Of a stretch of 64,000 nt of DNA, positions 43,658 to 57,500 are shown piece after piece. Under the pieces are notes generated by a model. That model had not been told where the DNA came from and did no database searches. It saw nothing but the letters and a program-made list of their open reading frames with translations. The position numbers and the translations under genes are program-made. Source of the stretch: Lobosporangium transversale. Lineage: Eukaryota. The first letter of the stretch is position 1, and the number at the start of each line of letters is the position of its first letter. Where the stretch lies: contig NW_019029014.1 in assembly GCF_002105155.1 (NCBI RefSeq), positions 248,001 through 312,000 of the forward strand, read 5' to 3'.

Positions 43658-44839
43658 TTAAAACTTGAGACGGTATGCCCTAGGACCAATGGTCGATCGC
43701 CACTGTTTTGCGTTTTCAAATCCGTTTTTGAACTCTCTATAGTCTTCTAGTGTTTGTTTAACTTCCTCTTTCGAGTTCAGAACAAACAATCGATCTTGTA
43801 CAACAGGTTCTTTGAGTGGTCGACCTGCCAAAACCACGAAATGCGTGCTTTCGTCTTTGATTTGGATATGCAACGTGCTGTTGTTGCTGCTGTCTATCTT
43901 AATATTGCTATCGTCGTCATCGTTATTGCTTTTTGACAGAATTAATGCACAATGTGGGCGGCCTTCAAATGGTTTGGATGGATCTGTATTTTCCTCAATA
44001 TAGCTCCTACTTTCGCCGTTCCCACTTGCTTTGCTGCTTGCTTGAATAGAAGTGGTCACTATATTGGCCGCAGAACCCCTGTCCCCGAAATATGCTCTTC
44101 CAGACAACATATAAATGAAGCCATTGTAATCTCTGGGGATGTTTACGTCCACACTCTTGTTCTTCTTCATCTGGTAGTCCAAGTACATAGTAGGGGTCCT
44201 GGTATAGACTCTGCTTTGGACCCCGTGAGCCTCCCCTGCAATAATCTTGACCTCGACTCCTTCACTTGGCCTTGCTCTTGGGATCTGGCTATCCCGCAAA
44301 CCTTGATAAGCTGGTTCGCATAATTTGTCCGCGTGTGAGAGGTTGACCCATAATTGGAGACCATGAATCATATCCTCTTCTTCCTCCTCCTTTTCAATCT
44401 TTTTGGTCTCGATGAACTCCTTTTGCTCCAACTCTTGATTCCCCTTTTTCGCTTGGTCCTTGATAGGCATTTCGCAATGTACAATTCCTCGACCAGCGGT
44501 CATCCATTGAAGATCTCCAGGTCCAATGGTTCCTTTATGTCCAGAAAAGTCTTCATGCTGCATCTGTCCCCTTAACATGTAGGTGACAGTTTCGAATCCT
44601 CGGTGAGGATGATCTGGGAAGCCACTCTTTTCGGGATTTAAGTAAAACTCGTCTAACAGCAAGAATGGATCGTGGTGTCGCATTTCACGTGTCCCAAGGC
44701 TCCTACGAACAATAGCGCCCATACCTTCGGGCCGCTCTGCTGCATAGATAGATTTGGTGATGTATCTAGCACTACTGGTACCGCTGGCTTTAGGAAGAAC
44801 CGAGAATACAGAGAATTGAGAGATTCTTGAGGCAAACAT
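43658..44839 (-). CDS. Pirin family cupin protein
   Basis: DPFLLLDEF, GFPDHPHRGFETVTY, WMTAGRGIVHCE, GLQLWVNL; likely start MFASRISQ at 44839. Confidence 0.92.
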   Translation of the reverse strand: MFASRISQFSVFSVLPKASGTSSARYITKSIYAAERPEGMGAIVRRSLGTREMRHHDPFLLLDEFYLNPEKSGFPDHPHRGFETVTYMLRGQMQHEDFSGHKGTIGPGDLQWMTAGRGIVHCEMPIKDQAKKGNQELEQKEFIETKKIEKEEEEEDMIHGLQLWVNLSHADKLCEPAYQGLRDSQIPRARPSEGVEVKIIAGEAHGVQSRVYTRTPTMYLDYQMKKNKSVDVNIPRDYNGFIYMLSGRAYFGDRGSAANIVTTSIQASSKASGNGESRSYIEENTDPSKPFEGRPHCALILSKSNNDDDDSNIKIDSSNNSTLHIQIKDESTHFVVLAGRPLKEPVVQDRLFVLNSKEEVKQTLEDYREFKNGFENAKQWRSTIGPRAYRLKF

Positions 44840-45152
44840 ATTTTTTGTCTTCTTTTGTTGCTGTTCTTGATCTTGGTTACGGAAGTAAATCCTTAAGCCT
44901 ATATATGCAGAGCTGGGGCTGAGGCAAATGAAATAGAGAGCAGGCAAAAGAAAGAAGAAAAAAAAAATTGCGCCTCCTCTCTTTTATTCTCTCTTATTCA
45001 ACGACCGCATGGGCTAGTTGAAGCGTAGAAGGGGAGTGAGAAAGACAAAAAAAAAGCCACATTACGATGATATACACGTGACTGAGAGCGGCATCACGCG
45101 TCCTCACTTGTCATTCAACTCAACAACCTTATCCTTTCAATTACCCATAACC

Positions 45153-46320
45153 ATGGAATCCAAGAACGACGACATTCCTTTTTACGAATCATCAGAGTGG
45201 GCGGACGTCGTACCTATACCTCAGGACGATGGGCCCAATCCTTTGGTGCCAATTGCTTACACTAAAGAATGTAAAGTGTCTATTGAGAACATTACGGACA
45301 TAGTAGTATATATTAAATATGTTATGGTAACTAATACTAATATTGCAAAAAAAAAGATTCTACTACCATGGGTTATTTTAGAGCTATTTGTCAGCGTCAA
45401 GAGCAGAGTGAGCGTGCATTAGAGCTCACAAAGATTGTTATCGAACTTAGTCCTTCTCATTACACTGTCTGGTAAAGTTTTTACTGAAAGCGTGTCAAAG
45501 GGCAATTAGGCCTTTTTTTTTTCTTTCCCACTCACATATTCATTTGATATGCGTCTCCGCTTTATTTTTTTTATATTTTTTATATTTTTATATCCTAATG
45601 TGATTATGGTAGGCACTATCGTCAACGGTTGCTCAAGGCATTAAACAAGGATTTGACAGAAGAACTTGAATGGGTCGAATGGATGAGCAACGAAAACCCA
45701 AAATCTTATCAGATCTGGCATCATCGTCAGGTGATTATTGAACATAGTGCGGCTTCGCTCTTCCCGACCTCACCTTCCTCTCCCTCCGCTACCCCCACAT
45801 CGGGTTCAGGAATAGCAACTACAGCATCTTCGTTAACGACAACACCAACGATACCATACCATGATCTATCTGAATCTCAAAAAGCGACCGTGCTGGAGAT
45901 TGTTCATCGAGAGCTCACTTGCATTGCTTCTGCTTTTCAAACAGACTCCAAAAACTACCACGCCTGGTCATACCGTCAATGGGTCTTGACACATTTTGGA
46001 CCTGGTCCTTGGTGGGATGAAGAGTTGACTTATATTGATGAGCTGTTGACAGATGACGTTCGGAACAACTCTGCTTGGAATCAGCGGTATTTTGTAGTTG
46101 CATTCGGCCCTAAGGAATTGAGTAATGAAATCGTTCAGCGTGAAGTGGAGTAAGTAGTTTCTATCTTCTTGAAAGTTGAGCAATTGAAGCTTTTTATTAT
46201 TATTATTATGAACGTAGATTTCTTCATATCTATATTATTCGATAGATATGCAAAGTCAAAGATTGAGCGAACTCCTAACAACGAGAGTCCATGGACCTAT
46301 CTTACAGGGTAAGCATCGCG

Positions 46321-46402
<82 letters not shown>

Positions 46403-46732
46403 GTTTTTGTTATTATCGCTATTAATATTATTATCTTCCTTCTTTCAAATGCTTTTCCCAGAGTCTTGAAAAAGGCCCAGCGTCCATTATCCGACATCAA
46501 GGATTTCTGTGAACGCTTGCATACGATCCCTCGTGCTAAATTTTCATCTCCATTCTTGCATTCGACCTTGATGGACATTTATGAACAAGAGGCTAAGGAA
46601 AATAGATCTGCTACGAGCTTGATCAAGGCCAAGGAAGCTGCAGACCTTTTGGCCGAGAAGATCGATACAATCAGGAGCAAGTACTGGAACTGGAGAAAGA
46701 CTCAACTCCAAACTATTCCTGTCGATGTATAA
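45153..46732 (+). CDS. RAM2: Protein farnesyltransferase / geranylgeranyltransferase-I alpha subunit (FNTA/RAM2)
   Basis: [25 protein letters not shown] repeats [50 protein letters not shown]; multi-exon. Confidence 0.92.
46324..46402. repeat. (TAT)n microsatellite in an intron
   Basis: Long uninterrupted TAT run. Confidence 0.95.
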
Positions 46733-47625
46733 AAAAAGTACAGCTTTGACAGGAATAGTATAAAAAGAGTGATAGTGATGAATATTAATTGATATAAGAT
46801 GAAATTTCCCTTATATTAAGAAAAAGAGCCGGAGTATTTCGTGCCTCTCCTTCTATACCTCACCCTTTTTGTTCTTGGTCCGCTCTTTCGCCATGTCAGT
46901 ACTGGGTAGCGTTAAAATCAACATCAAATTCGCTGAATAAATCACCTAAATTTCCTACCGAGCAAATCTCTGAGAGCTTAACCTTTAAGACATAGGCGAG
47001 AGATAGACATAGCGAAGAGCCTAAAGGGAAAGGGGATAAGGAATTTTTGGTACTGGTATTGGCGATAACTTGCGAATGAGAATGCTGGCTTGATGCCTGA
47101 TTGAGGTGAGAGATATAGAGCTACTTGTAAAACTGATAGTTGAACGACTGCTGTGGCTCCTAAAATCGAACCTAGGGTGGTGATTGGTATATGAATGATA
47201 GATCGACAATTGGGAATGAATAATAAAATATATAGATGAAATATACTACGCTAAGTGCCGCCGGCACATGCTTTGCTGAAAGAGTGGGAAGACTGGTGGT
47301 GTAATCGGACTGTTCGTGGTCAGATTATCGTTGCCCGTGGCTGGCGCGATCTTAGTATTGGTGGGAAAAGATTTCTTTTCTTTTAGGAGAGGTAGTGATC
47401 TGTTGAATAGATCTGCCACTTGATGTTTAATAATAATTTTGCTCATAAAAGTGAAGCGATCTTCTTTTTTCTGAAGTAATATTGCCAATGGCAGCTGTAG
47501 GGAGTTCAACCTCGTGCGCGCGTAATTGCTGCCTAGGGCTAGAATAAACGCGTGTCGTATTGAATGAATATTCTATGCAGGGATTTGAGTTTTAATGCTT
47601 TTTTTTTGTGTCACCGCCCGAAATG

Positions 47626-47656
<31 letters not shown>

Positions 47657-49586
47657 AGCCCAGGAGGTGGGTAAACGTGTTTGGAAGGAGGAATGGGTCT
47701 AAAGTAAGAAGGAGAAGTAAGCTAGAAGGAAAGATGGGCTAATGAGAAGGAAGAAGTTTATGAGATAAGGAAATAAAAAGACAAATAGAGATACAAGATT
47801 CCGGCGATACGATGATGTAGCAACCTTATTTACATTCACTTAGGTCTGCACGCAGTAACAACATATCAATAGCAAGAGAAGAGAGGGGACCACTCCTTGA
47901 AGCGTACGTGTCTGGTTTGACATGTGAGTTATGACAAATACTACAATAATACATTACTGGTCAAAGCCACCACACAGGAGCCCTCATTCTTCGTCATCAA
48001 ATCCAGGAACGAAAAGTATCCCTGAATATTTAATGCTTTATCCAACATTAAACTTATATTCCAGCTTGCGTTACTTGTGCTATTATTATACCATAACTAT
48101 TACGGTCGCCTTTTCTATATTGCTAAACTGCAGGTCGAAGGCAACATCAACTTGAGTCGGTATACCATTGAACCTCTCTTCCCGGGGATGCCTTAATTGG
48201 ATTGAATCCCATCAATGACGCTCATATATGCCATGGGGAAATGAATAGATAGCTTGGCCTTCTATAAAAAATTAAATATATAAAAAAGTTCAAAAGGAAA
48301 GTTCAATAAGCGTCAAGATAAGCTATAAAAAAAAATCGAGGACTTGCGACGCGTTTTTTTTACTTTTTTATTTTTTTCTCCACCCATCATGTGGCACAAT
48401 ATTTTCTTCATCGCACCCTACTTCACCTCGTGTTCTCTTTTTTCAGCTATTGCAACTTGGATTGGGCTATAAGCGTTGTCATAATCACTAAGGCGACTGT
48501 CCGGGCGCAATATGAAACCGTATAAAACATCTAAACTCTACCACATGCTATTGGCTACTCTGCGCTTCTTGAGCAATACTCTTAACATATTCTTGCACTT
48601 TCCTAAGGGATGTATCGGTCCTTTGACAAATGTGTATCCTTTGATGACTATGTCACAATCCTTGGATCGAGAGAGTGCTAGGAATATGTGAAAAGTGGGA
48701 CAATATGTGTCTTTACTGATAACTGGCGTAGCTTTAAAAAGCTTAGCTCAAGGAATAAATTCTGCATATTCCAGTACAAATAAGAGAATATCTATTCTGC
48801 GTCTCAGTAGCTACCATAATTCTATTGAAGTGTCTTAGGGCGTTATTTTGTATGACATTTTGAGAGTTGGCCGACTACTAGTCAAATTTATTGTTTTGAA
48901 TAATACAGTGAACTTCAGCGATTCTAACTGCTCCCCTAGATGGCGGTCATTCAAGAGAAATCAAACAATTCTGTTAATTACTGCTAAGTCCAGGCAGATA
49001 TGGAAATACAACAGGCATCGAGCAGTCGCCTATGGTTGTTGGATGATACGATTAGTATATTTATATATATATTATATTTGTATTATACATATATTATTGT
49101 TGTTTTTTTCTTTCAAGAGCGTGTACATGTTTGTTGCACACATGCATGCAGTTCAACTCTAAATAAAATTTCCGCCCACTTCCCATTCCTTGTGATATCA
49201 GGTTGCATTGCATGGCATGTTTATATCCGATGTGTTTCTTTTTTTTATTTCCGTAATAAGTTCAATCTTATGAAACAGCTTGTTGGCTTTACACCAAGTC
49301 TACAGAGCCCTTCTATTGTATATGTACCTACCTGTAATGTATATATATATACATGTACCTCATCGAAACCAAAGAACTGGATTGAAAAAAAAAGCCGTCT
49401 AAAGATGTGTCAGAGCCTTTATTAGAGTTAAGGTATTGAAAAAAAAAAAAATCAGAGAAAATGAAAAGGCAGGCACATGGTCTGGATTAAAGCTATATAC
49501 CAATAATTTTTTTTTAAAAAAATAAGGGAAAAACGGGAGAAAAAAGAAGCGTACAGATAGAAGAACACTGTCTAGTATGGAAGGAG

Positions 49587-49670
49587 ACATTAAAAAAGGG
49601 AGTATAGTATGGGAACATGAGGACATGAAAAAAGGAAGTATAGTATGGGAACATGAGAACATGAAAAAAG
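49587..49670. repeat. ~36-bp tandem duplication downstream of the G-alpha gene
   Basis: AAAAAAGG(G/A)AGTATAGTATGGGAACATGAG(G/A)ACATG twice. Confidence 0.85.
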
Positions 49671-49803
49671 AAAAATATAGTACATCTAGAGAGTTGTGAT
49701 ATGTCATTAATTAATTAGCTGATTGATTGATCGGCTTTTTTCCCTTGTTAGTGGGACAAAGAACGGTAGAAATTAAATAAGATATTCATGGACGCTTTCC
49801 CGC

Positions 49804-51094
49804 CTACAGTAATCCAGAACTGCGGAGATTCAAACGCTGCACGATGGCATTCACAGCTACAACAATGACACGCATCTGTTTTGTATCCTACAAGACAGCA
49901 AATATTGAGAAAATAGACGCGTGTGAGTGTGACAGGCTACTTCTATTTTTTTTTTTTACCTTGCCAGGATACAATTAGATCCATGGTAACACAAGCATGG
50001 TATCAAAAGATACATAGTTCTGCCGACTTGCCGACCTGCATGCATGCATGCATGGAAGGGTAATAAAGAACAATAGGGATAATAATAATAAAACAAACTT
50101 ACTGTAGCATGGGTGAAATGAGTATAGACCTGCTTTTGAAGATCTTTACACTGCTGCAGGAAGCGGTATTGGAAAAAGACAGTGGTGCTGAAGTAATCGT
50201 TAGGACCACGATATTCTGGGAAGTACTTGCTGACTAACGATCCAGCATCGAGTTTCCGCTGAAAAATATCAATTTTGTTCAAGAACAAAATCATGGAAGT
50301 TAGTTGGAACAGTTTGTGGTTCGCAATCTCGTTAAATAGTACTAGACACTCTTGAAGTCGGTTCAACTTTGGATCTTCTTCACATGGCTGATCATATGCA
50401 GACAATGCCGCCATGAATATGATGGCATTCACATCATCGAAGTAAGGCCTAAAAAACATTACAAAGATACAGAAAAACAAAAGAGGTTGAGTATATAATC
50501 AATATTGAAAAGTGCTTACTTAACCAACATGAGAGCCTATTAAGAAAAAATGAGTTCAAATTGTTTCCCGTTCCGAACCATTTTAAAAGGGCGAAAAAAA
50601 AAAAAAAAAAAAAAAAAAAAAGACGTGTATAGCCAATGATCACGATAAGATCAATCAGCCTTGATGAAGCAGATTGGAAGACAACTGTTCTGAGAAAGAC
50701 AGACAAAGAGAATAATGGCCATGGGAAACGAAAGGAAAATACGAAAAAGGCCCTTGACTTACGCCCAATATTTCCGTAGTGATTTTTGACCACCCACGTC
50801 GTATATCCTATTTCAGCGCGGAGACCAAAAAGCTGGTTATGAATTGAAATCTTACGTCCTGTATCATGAACATTCGGCCATCTTTTTTTTTTGTGGACTG
50901 TAACTGGTATACCTGTAGGCCACATTATCAATATCAAAAACGTGTTCTGATACTGCCAAGGTCCTGACTCTGGCCTGTAGAATGTCATCATCCGTGGGGA
51001 TATACTGTGCATGCGCCACTCGGTCAATAGCATCAAGAAAGCTAATGGGATTTTAGTTTAACGTCAAGGCATTTCTCAATCAATCGACAAGTAA

Positions 51095-51127
<33 letters not shown>

Positions 51128-52448
51128 GAAATACTTACTACTTCGCAGAGTCTTGAATGTTAAGTTGTGTTATGTTATAATACGTGTGCTGGATACCTGA
51201 ATCGGCCCAAAGCGCCTTAATGGATGGAACTAATTCCAAAAACATGTCTGTTTCTGCCTTTGCGTCTGTGATTTTGCGTGGAACAGCAGGATTTGAATAT
51301 GCAATAGATGAGATGGAGTATCGCTTGACTGTTGGCTCTAATCGGGACATGATTGCTAGATGTTCAGCGTTTTGAGGATCTCCTAATGGAATGCTATGTT
51401 GCTGAAGGCCATCCACTAATGCCTGCATGGCTTTCATGATGTTCAAATGAACTACCCGACGATATGTCTGGCGCTCCGGATCCAATCCCTTTTGACCATA
51501 AAGGAGTTTCAGTTGCTTTAGAACTGTAGTCTTGCCAGTTTCAGATGGTCCTAATTGATGTCAAACCACGTATGCCATGTGTGATTAGAATACAGCTCAA
51601 TGAGGGAAAAGTAAAAACTTAGAGTTGGCGGTTTTGGCAGTTTAGTGAATGCAGTTCATTGGGAACCAGTGCTAATAACTGTGATACACACGCGCACACA
51701 GGAAGCCGAAGAAGTAAAGGATAAAAAAAAACCAGCCCCCATTCGTCATAGTGCAACTTCAGCTCTTTTATGAGTGCCCAATGGGAGATCAAACCCGATT
51801 TTCCTCTCTTGGTTGCGATTCTTCGGCATTTTAATTGTTTTGATTTATCGCTGGGGGTCATTGACTCACTTTAATTCAAACAGATTCTTTTTTTACCATC
51901 TCTCGTATAATATGTACTTCCTTTTCCCTTTCTTCATTTTAAAACACACGAAGTGGAACTAAACTTTACTCCGTGCAACACTTGTTTTTTAAAAAATTAA
52001 TAAACAATAGATCAAATGATATTGTTTTGACAAGCAAGAGGAAGTTACAGTATGGTGTTCAATATGAACGAACGTGTAACGATGATTGCACAAGTGCCAT
52101 CATTAACGGAGAAGCCAGGAGAAGGTGTATCTTATTATTGAGTAAAGTAGAGTGTCAGTCCTCATGTACTAGAGAAGGAACTGGAAGAAGGGAAAAGGAG
52201 GGGGAGAGAGGAGTGAAGAGGGGCTGCTTACCGAGGATCAGCAATTTAATGCCTCCTTCTCGCTGTTCACGCTCCTTTTCAGCACGTAAAGATTTGTCAA
52301 TGGCATCACTCAATGCCTTTGCACGTTTTTGATCAGCACGAGTCCCTGAGAACTGTGAAGTGAGGAGTGGCGTGAGACTGAGAGGACTTGTTCTATGAGA
52401 AGATGCTTCGGACCCATTAGAGGATCCTGATACATGCGAGAGTTCCAT
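49804..52448 (-). CDS. Heterotrimeric G protein alpha subunit, divergent
   Basis: Spliced motifs KLLILG|PSETGKTT, DILQARVRT, IYDVGGQ, FLNKID, THAT|DT, C-terminal NLRSSGLL*. Confidence 0.9.
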
Positions 52449-52601
52449 TATATAGAAAGAGATAAGATCAATTGAAATGCAAGCGAGGGGATTGGGAAGA
52501 GGGAAAGGAGAAGGGGAGATAATCTAAGAAATATACATATATCAAACGAAGTGGTGTTTAACATTCAAGTGGCTAGTAGCCTAATTTTTGAGTTGAGAAA
52601 G

Positions 52602-52662
52602 GAAGGAATGAAGGAATGAAGGAATAAAGGAATGAAGGAATGAAGGAATGAAGGAATGAATG
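52602..52662. repeat. (GAAGGAAT)n tandem repeat upstream of G-alpha
   Basis: About seven 8-bp units. Confidence 0.85.
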
Positions 52663-53117
52663 GAAAGGTAAGAATGAGAAGGAATAAAAAAAAAAGGATC
52701 GGTCAGTGTGAAGTGAAGGATGAGCCGTGCACAAGTAGGACAGTTTGAACAAAGAGTTGAGTGAAGAGAAAGGTAGGAAGAAAGACAAGCAGGGCAGAAG
52801 TGTTGTTTGTCAGAGAAAGGGGAAAGAGTGAGTGGAGTGGAATGGAGTGGAGTGAGGAACGATGTCTGTGTGTGCGAAGGAGAGAAGGAAGAGGGAGGAA
52901 GAAAAAGAGAGATGGAAAGAAAGAGAGGAAAAGGAAGAGGACATTTAATTGATCACATCTTCATACATTACTTCACACTTTTTTTTTTTTAGAACAAAGC
53001 ACAGAGTTGTCAATTGTGCTGATCAACAAGAGGATACACGGGCTGCAGCAACCCTTTTCTTCTGAACACACGCGCCTCTTTTCTTGACCACCTGTTTGTC
53101 TTTTTTATTTCTTTTTA

Positions 53118-53120
<3 letters not shown>

Positions 53121-53171
<51 letters not shown>
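53121..53171. repeat. (TTA)n microsatellite
   Basis: Direct reading of the sequence. Confidence 0.9.
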
Positions 53172-54150
53172 TTATTTTATTTTATTTTATTTTATTTTTT
53201 TTTTTTCGTTTCGTTTGGTGCACTGTCACATTCAATCCTGCATCACATCTCTTTTGCACACATGCAACCTCTAGCAAGTAAAAGTGTTTCTTCCCCTTGC
53301 AACTGACCAAGAAATAAAAAAAAAGATCTCCCATTGCATGTTTCATGTTTTGAAGTTGCTACTCTTACTCCTCTTCAGTTCTATAAATCCCCTATCTTCA
53401 GGCTTTATTTCTATAATTTTCGCTTGAACCTGAGCCTACTGGTTAGCCTTCAATATGATGCGTGTGGAAAAACAGAAAAATGTAAACATGTCTTATTTTG
53501 TCATGCTCACTCACTCACTCACTCGATCGAGATGAATGAAAGGGGGAACATTTTTTCCTTGGTCTGCTGAGCGGGAACGACGTTGTTTGTTTGTTTGACA
53601 TACTAATTTTTTTTTTTTTTTTTTTTTTTTTTTTGTTTTTAGTTTAATATTATACTGTTGTACTCCATCTTTGCCTATCTTCACCTCTTATTCATCTCAT
53701 AAATCAAATCCACTCTCACACTTTAACAAGTCCTATATTCTTGCTATACTATATGTCTAGCCACGAAGAGGAGGAAAAAAAAGAGTGATAAGTAATAAAC
53801 AATGATCGTTTATACATCAGTTTATATACTTGCATGATTCTGAATGCAATTGAGATTTTATCCAATCTCCTTTTCTCTTCTTACCCGTATACCCATATAC
53901 ACATGGTCTTTCCGCTTGGACAATAAAAAAAGATATTTTAGGTAAGCATTCTCGAAGAAGGTCAAGGAAGTGAAGAGGTGCTCTCCTTGCTCAATAGACT
54001 ATATGCAAAATAGTGTAGGGTGAAGGGTTGATGTTGAATAGACATACTGCTACTCCATTTTTTTTCTTATTATTAAAAAAAAAAAAAAAAAAAAAAACTG
54101 CGGTGCGCAATGATTGGAAAATACTCGTTTAACATTGAGCCAACAGCTTG

Positions 54151-54189
<39 letters not shown>

Positions 54190-54494
54190 GCGGGAAGAAA
54201 TCGACACAGATGTCACCGCCCATTGACCAAAAGATTGAGCCAGTGTAACAGCAAAGGCAAAAAAGATTGCTCGTATGCCCGGGGTACCTGACCTTCAATG
54301 AGGACCGTGAGCATGACCTTGGCAACACATCGTCGACATCAACATCAGATATCAGATATCGGCTCAGACGAAAAGGGACAGGTTACCACAGAGATATGAG
54401 ATTTGAGATAGAGATTTATGGCTCAGCATGAATAAATGATCTTCGCCCTCAATTTTTTTTTTTATTCGCTCATTTACTTTGTTGGTGCCGTCAG

Positions 54495-54525
<31 letters not shown>

Positions 54526-57500
54526 GAATTGTCTTTTCTCAGTGTTCGTTAGCAAAGGGATGCTCTCAACAATCGTAAACCACGAAGACAGGTTTCTCCG
54601 ACTGGCAGGATGGATGCGAAGAAAAAAATAAAATAAAATAAGAAAAAAAAGGATCTTGAGCATGTCTTGAGCCATTCAACCCTGGTGAGCAATATGAACC
54701 AGATCTGTCATCTTATTTCAGTTCATACTATTTATTCCAGTGAAGAATCCCGCGGAGGGGGTTGCGGAGGAAAAAAAAGAGGGAACAGAGGTATGAGACA
54801 ATGAGGAGAAACCCTGAATTCAACCCTTGGAAATATCCTTGAGGACAAAAAAATCGAAAAACTGGAAAAAAAGCTTTAAAGCGCCTGATTCATTGTAATA
54901 CAGGGCGTCAGGTCAGGCCAAACGGATATTCACTTGAATTTAGTCTAATGTAGCACAGCCGCAGACCTGGTCAGGTCTATTTTCGAAAGCAATCACTAAG
55001 TGCATTGTAAACGCGTGCATTGTTGCCTCTTTTTTTTTTTTTGATGAGTAATAAATAAATCTTATTTGAGCAAGCTATTGAATATATACTTTTACTTGAT
55101 ATCATGCTTGGTGATATAATGAAGCACTAAAAGAGCTAAGCTTATTGTTATGTATGGCCAACGGTTTAATCTAGGAGGTGTATTATTATCAAATGGTCGG
55201 AGACAGATTGATGCTTACAATAAAGGAACCTTTCTTAATAGGGGAGAAGCAGTTGAAGCTGAGGCGATCAAGAATAAAATAGCCTCCTAATAGAAAAAAT
55301 AACGGGGCAGATATGGCTTAATAAGTTTCTTGACTTGCCCAATTAGTGATGTTTTCATTTCGCTTCCTACCTCTTTGCACGATTGAAGGTTTCGCTTAAC
55401 ATCGTTTCCATTATCCAAATGATACGCGAACAAAAGATTTGGTCTGTCAAACAGAAGCAAAACCCCGACTCTTAGTTGTGACACTGTTCACTGTGTGGTT
55501 AACAATACAGGTCTCTGGAACGGCAAGCTGCTGTAATGGACAGGTTTATGTGACACTAAGTTTGCTCAGTCAATGAGTCGTATATAACAAACAGCCCATC
55601 AAAGCTTCAGCCATTATATTTTCATGAACAGGAGCTATAAAAATATGAATAAGGAAAAAAAAAGGATTGTCACATCTTGGCGACAAATATCTATAAAGTA
55701 GCCTGTCTCGCGATGGTCTAAACTCAGATCACATTCCCTAGCAGTAGGTGGACAACCTAACGCTTATAGCGCTTACTGATTTCTGCTTCAGCATGATAGG
55801 AGGTGTTGACGTTGAAGGACGCCGTTATGAATGCTTGGCTACCACAAGCCAGTTATTAAAAAGTCTAATTAGCCACTTCGATACTGCAGTAAACATTTCC
55901 ACTTTTTCGAACATTTATTCTATTACCAGTGAATCCCTTATAGCGCTTTCCCATCTACAGGACGGAGTAGGTTTGTTCACATTGGTTTTTTTTATTTTTC
56001 TCCTTCTTTACCAGAGATTCTAGTCGTCATGGCTATCCCTTGCTACCACTTCCTTCACACCAATGAATGCCACATGGAGAAAAACTATTATGATCTTCGG
56101 ATACATAATAGCCTCCCGATATGTTGACTCCTTCATAAAAGTATCAGTCTTTGCCCTCCTCCTTTTATTCATGGACGGGCCATCCTCTTAATAGAGCTTT
56201 AGGATTAGTCCAATGTTGCTTCATCCAAACCAGCTCTTTCATGTGCACTCTCTACTACTCAGAACCCGGCCTGCCGCCGCACTGTCAGACCTACGAGCAG
56301 ATCAAGACCAGCTTTAAGCTGAGGAGGTAAAGGAGCAAGACGGAAGCGCGAGCTGCTGCGAGCAAGACGAGATATAAGCGAATAGCTACACGTACTTAAA
56401 AACGAATCGATACTAGTGCACATTTTCCCTAGTATGAACAGAGCATCGATATCATCTTCATCAAGGATGTGGAGAGGCCGTATTAGGAGAATCTTGTTTC
56501 CAAAGACGTCTTATAAAAGCCTCTGGCGCCCCAATGCTCTATAAGGAGTCTCACCGATTTGAGATAGATGTGTTTTTTGTGTCCTATGAAGAATGGTTTC
56601 TGAAACTCCAAGTCTTCATATTCCTTAGTTTCGCTAGTGTACAGTTCCTGCCAGAGAAATGGTGTGAGAGAATAATATAAGGAGCGGGAGACAGTTGAGA
56701 AATAGAGAGTGCTTGTCTGCGGAAGAGGGATGTTCCAGAACAAAATTTCGAGTAGATTCAGCCATATGAACAATTGTTTGGCGGAAAGTCCTGTTCCTGC
56801 ATAATAGACATGATGTTTCACACATTAAAAAAGGCCACTACTTCCAACGTGTTGTTCAATTCTCAGTACCAACAGATAAACGCTTTGCACCCTTCGCGTT
56901 GTTTGGACATAACCAAACATATCTATATCGCTTATTAGCAACGGGCTCATTATCAGAAACCCTTTTCGCCAAATATTGAGAATGCACCCTGGAACAATAT
57001 AAATCAAAACATTTCAAGATGTGCTTCGGTTCTACCGTACCCAGTTTGTCCGGTTGAAATCCTTTATCAGCGACAGTAGGTCCTCCCAGAGCATTAGTGC
57101 CTCTGTCGAGGACCCATTGAAGGCTACATTTTTCAGATTAAGTGCTGATGGCGTACCAATCTCTCAAGTTGCGATAGTTTTGGTATCATCCACGGCTTAC
57201 AAGCGTAAAAATACCAGATCTACTTTGAAGGTTGGTGCTAGGGTATACGCGCTCAATCCTACTTTAATACCCAAATACAAGATTGAAGCCATATCCAATT
57301 CTTTACATGGATCCTCACGCTATCATCAAGTACACCATTGGAAAACTCAAAGACAAGCTTCCTCCCTTCAAAGTTTTTTTATTCGGGTTTGCAACAAGAG
57401 GAATATAAAGAGGCCTACGATATGGAGTTTGGCTTATATTATGTAGACCTTTACCTGACTTGGTGAGAACAAGTTTGAAATAATGGGGTGAACAAGGGGA

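Noticed and set aside
45075..45101. CACGTG and ACGCGT motifs in the pirin/RAM2 divergent promoter
   Set aside because: Single 6-mers are expected by chance; no further support
46248..46578. Poly-Leu and poly-Ile ORFs
   Set aside because: Artefacts of the intronic (TAT)n microsatellite
46894..47922. TGTCA...TGACA-bounded segment as a possible LTR or MITE
   Set aside because: Flanks do not form a TSD and the inverted match is only about 7 bp
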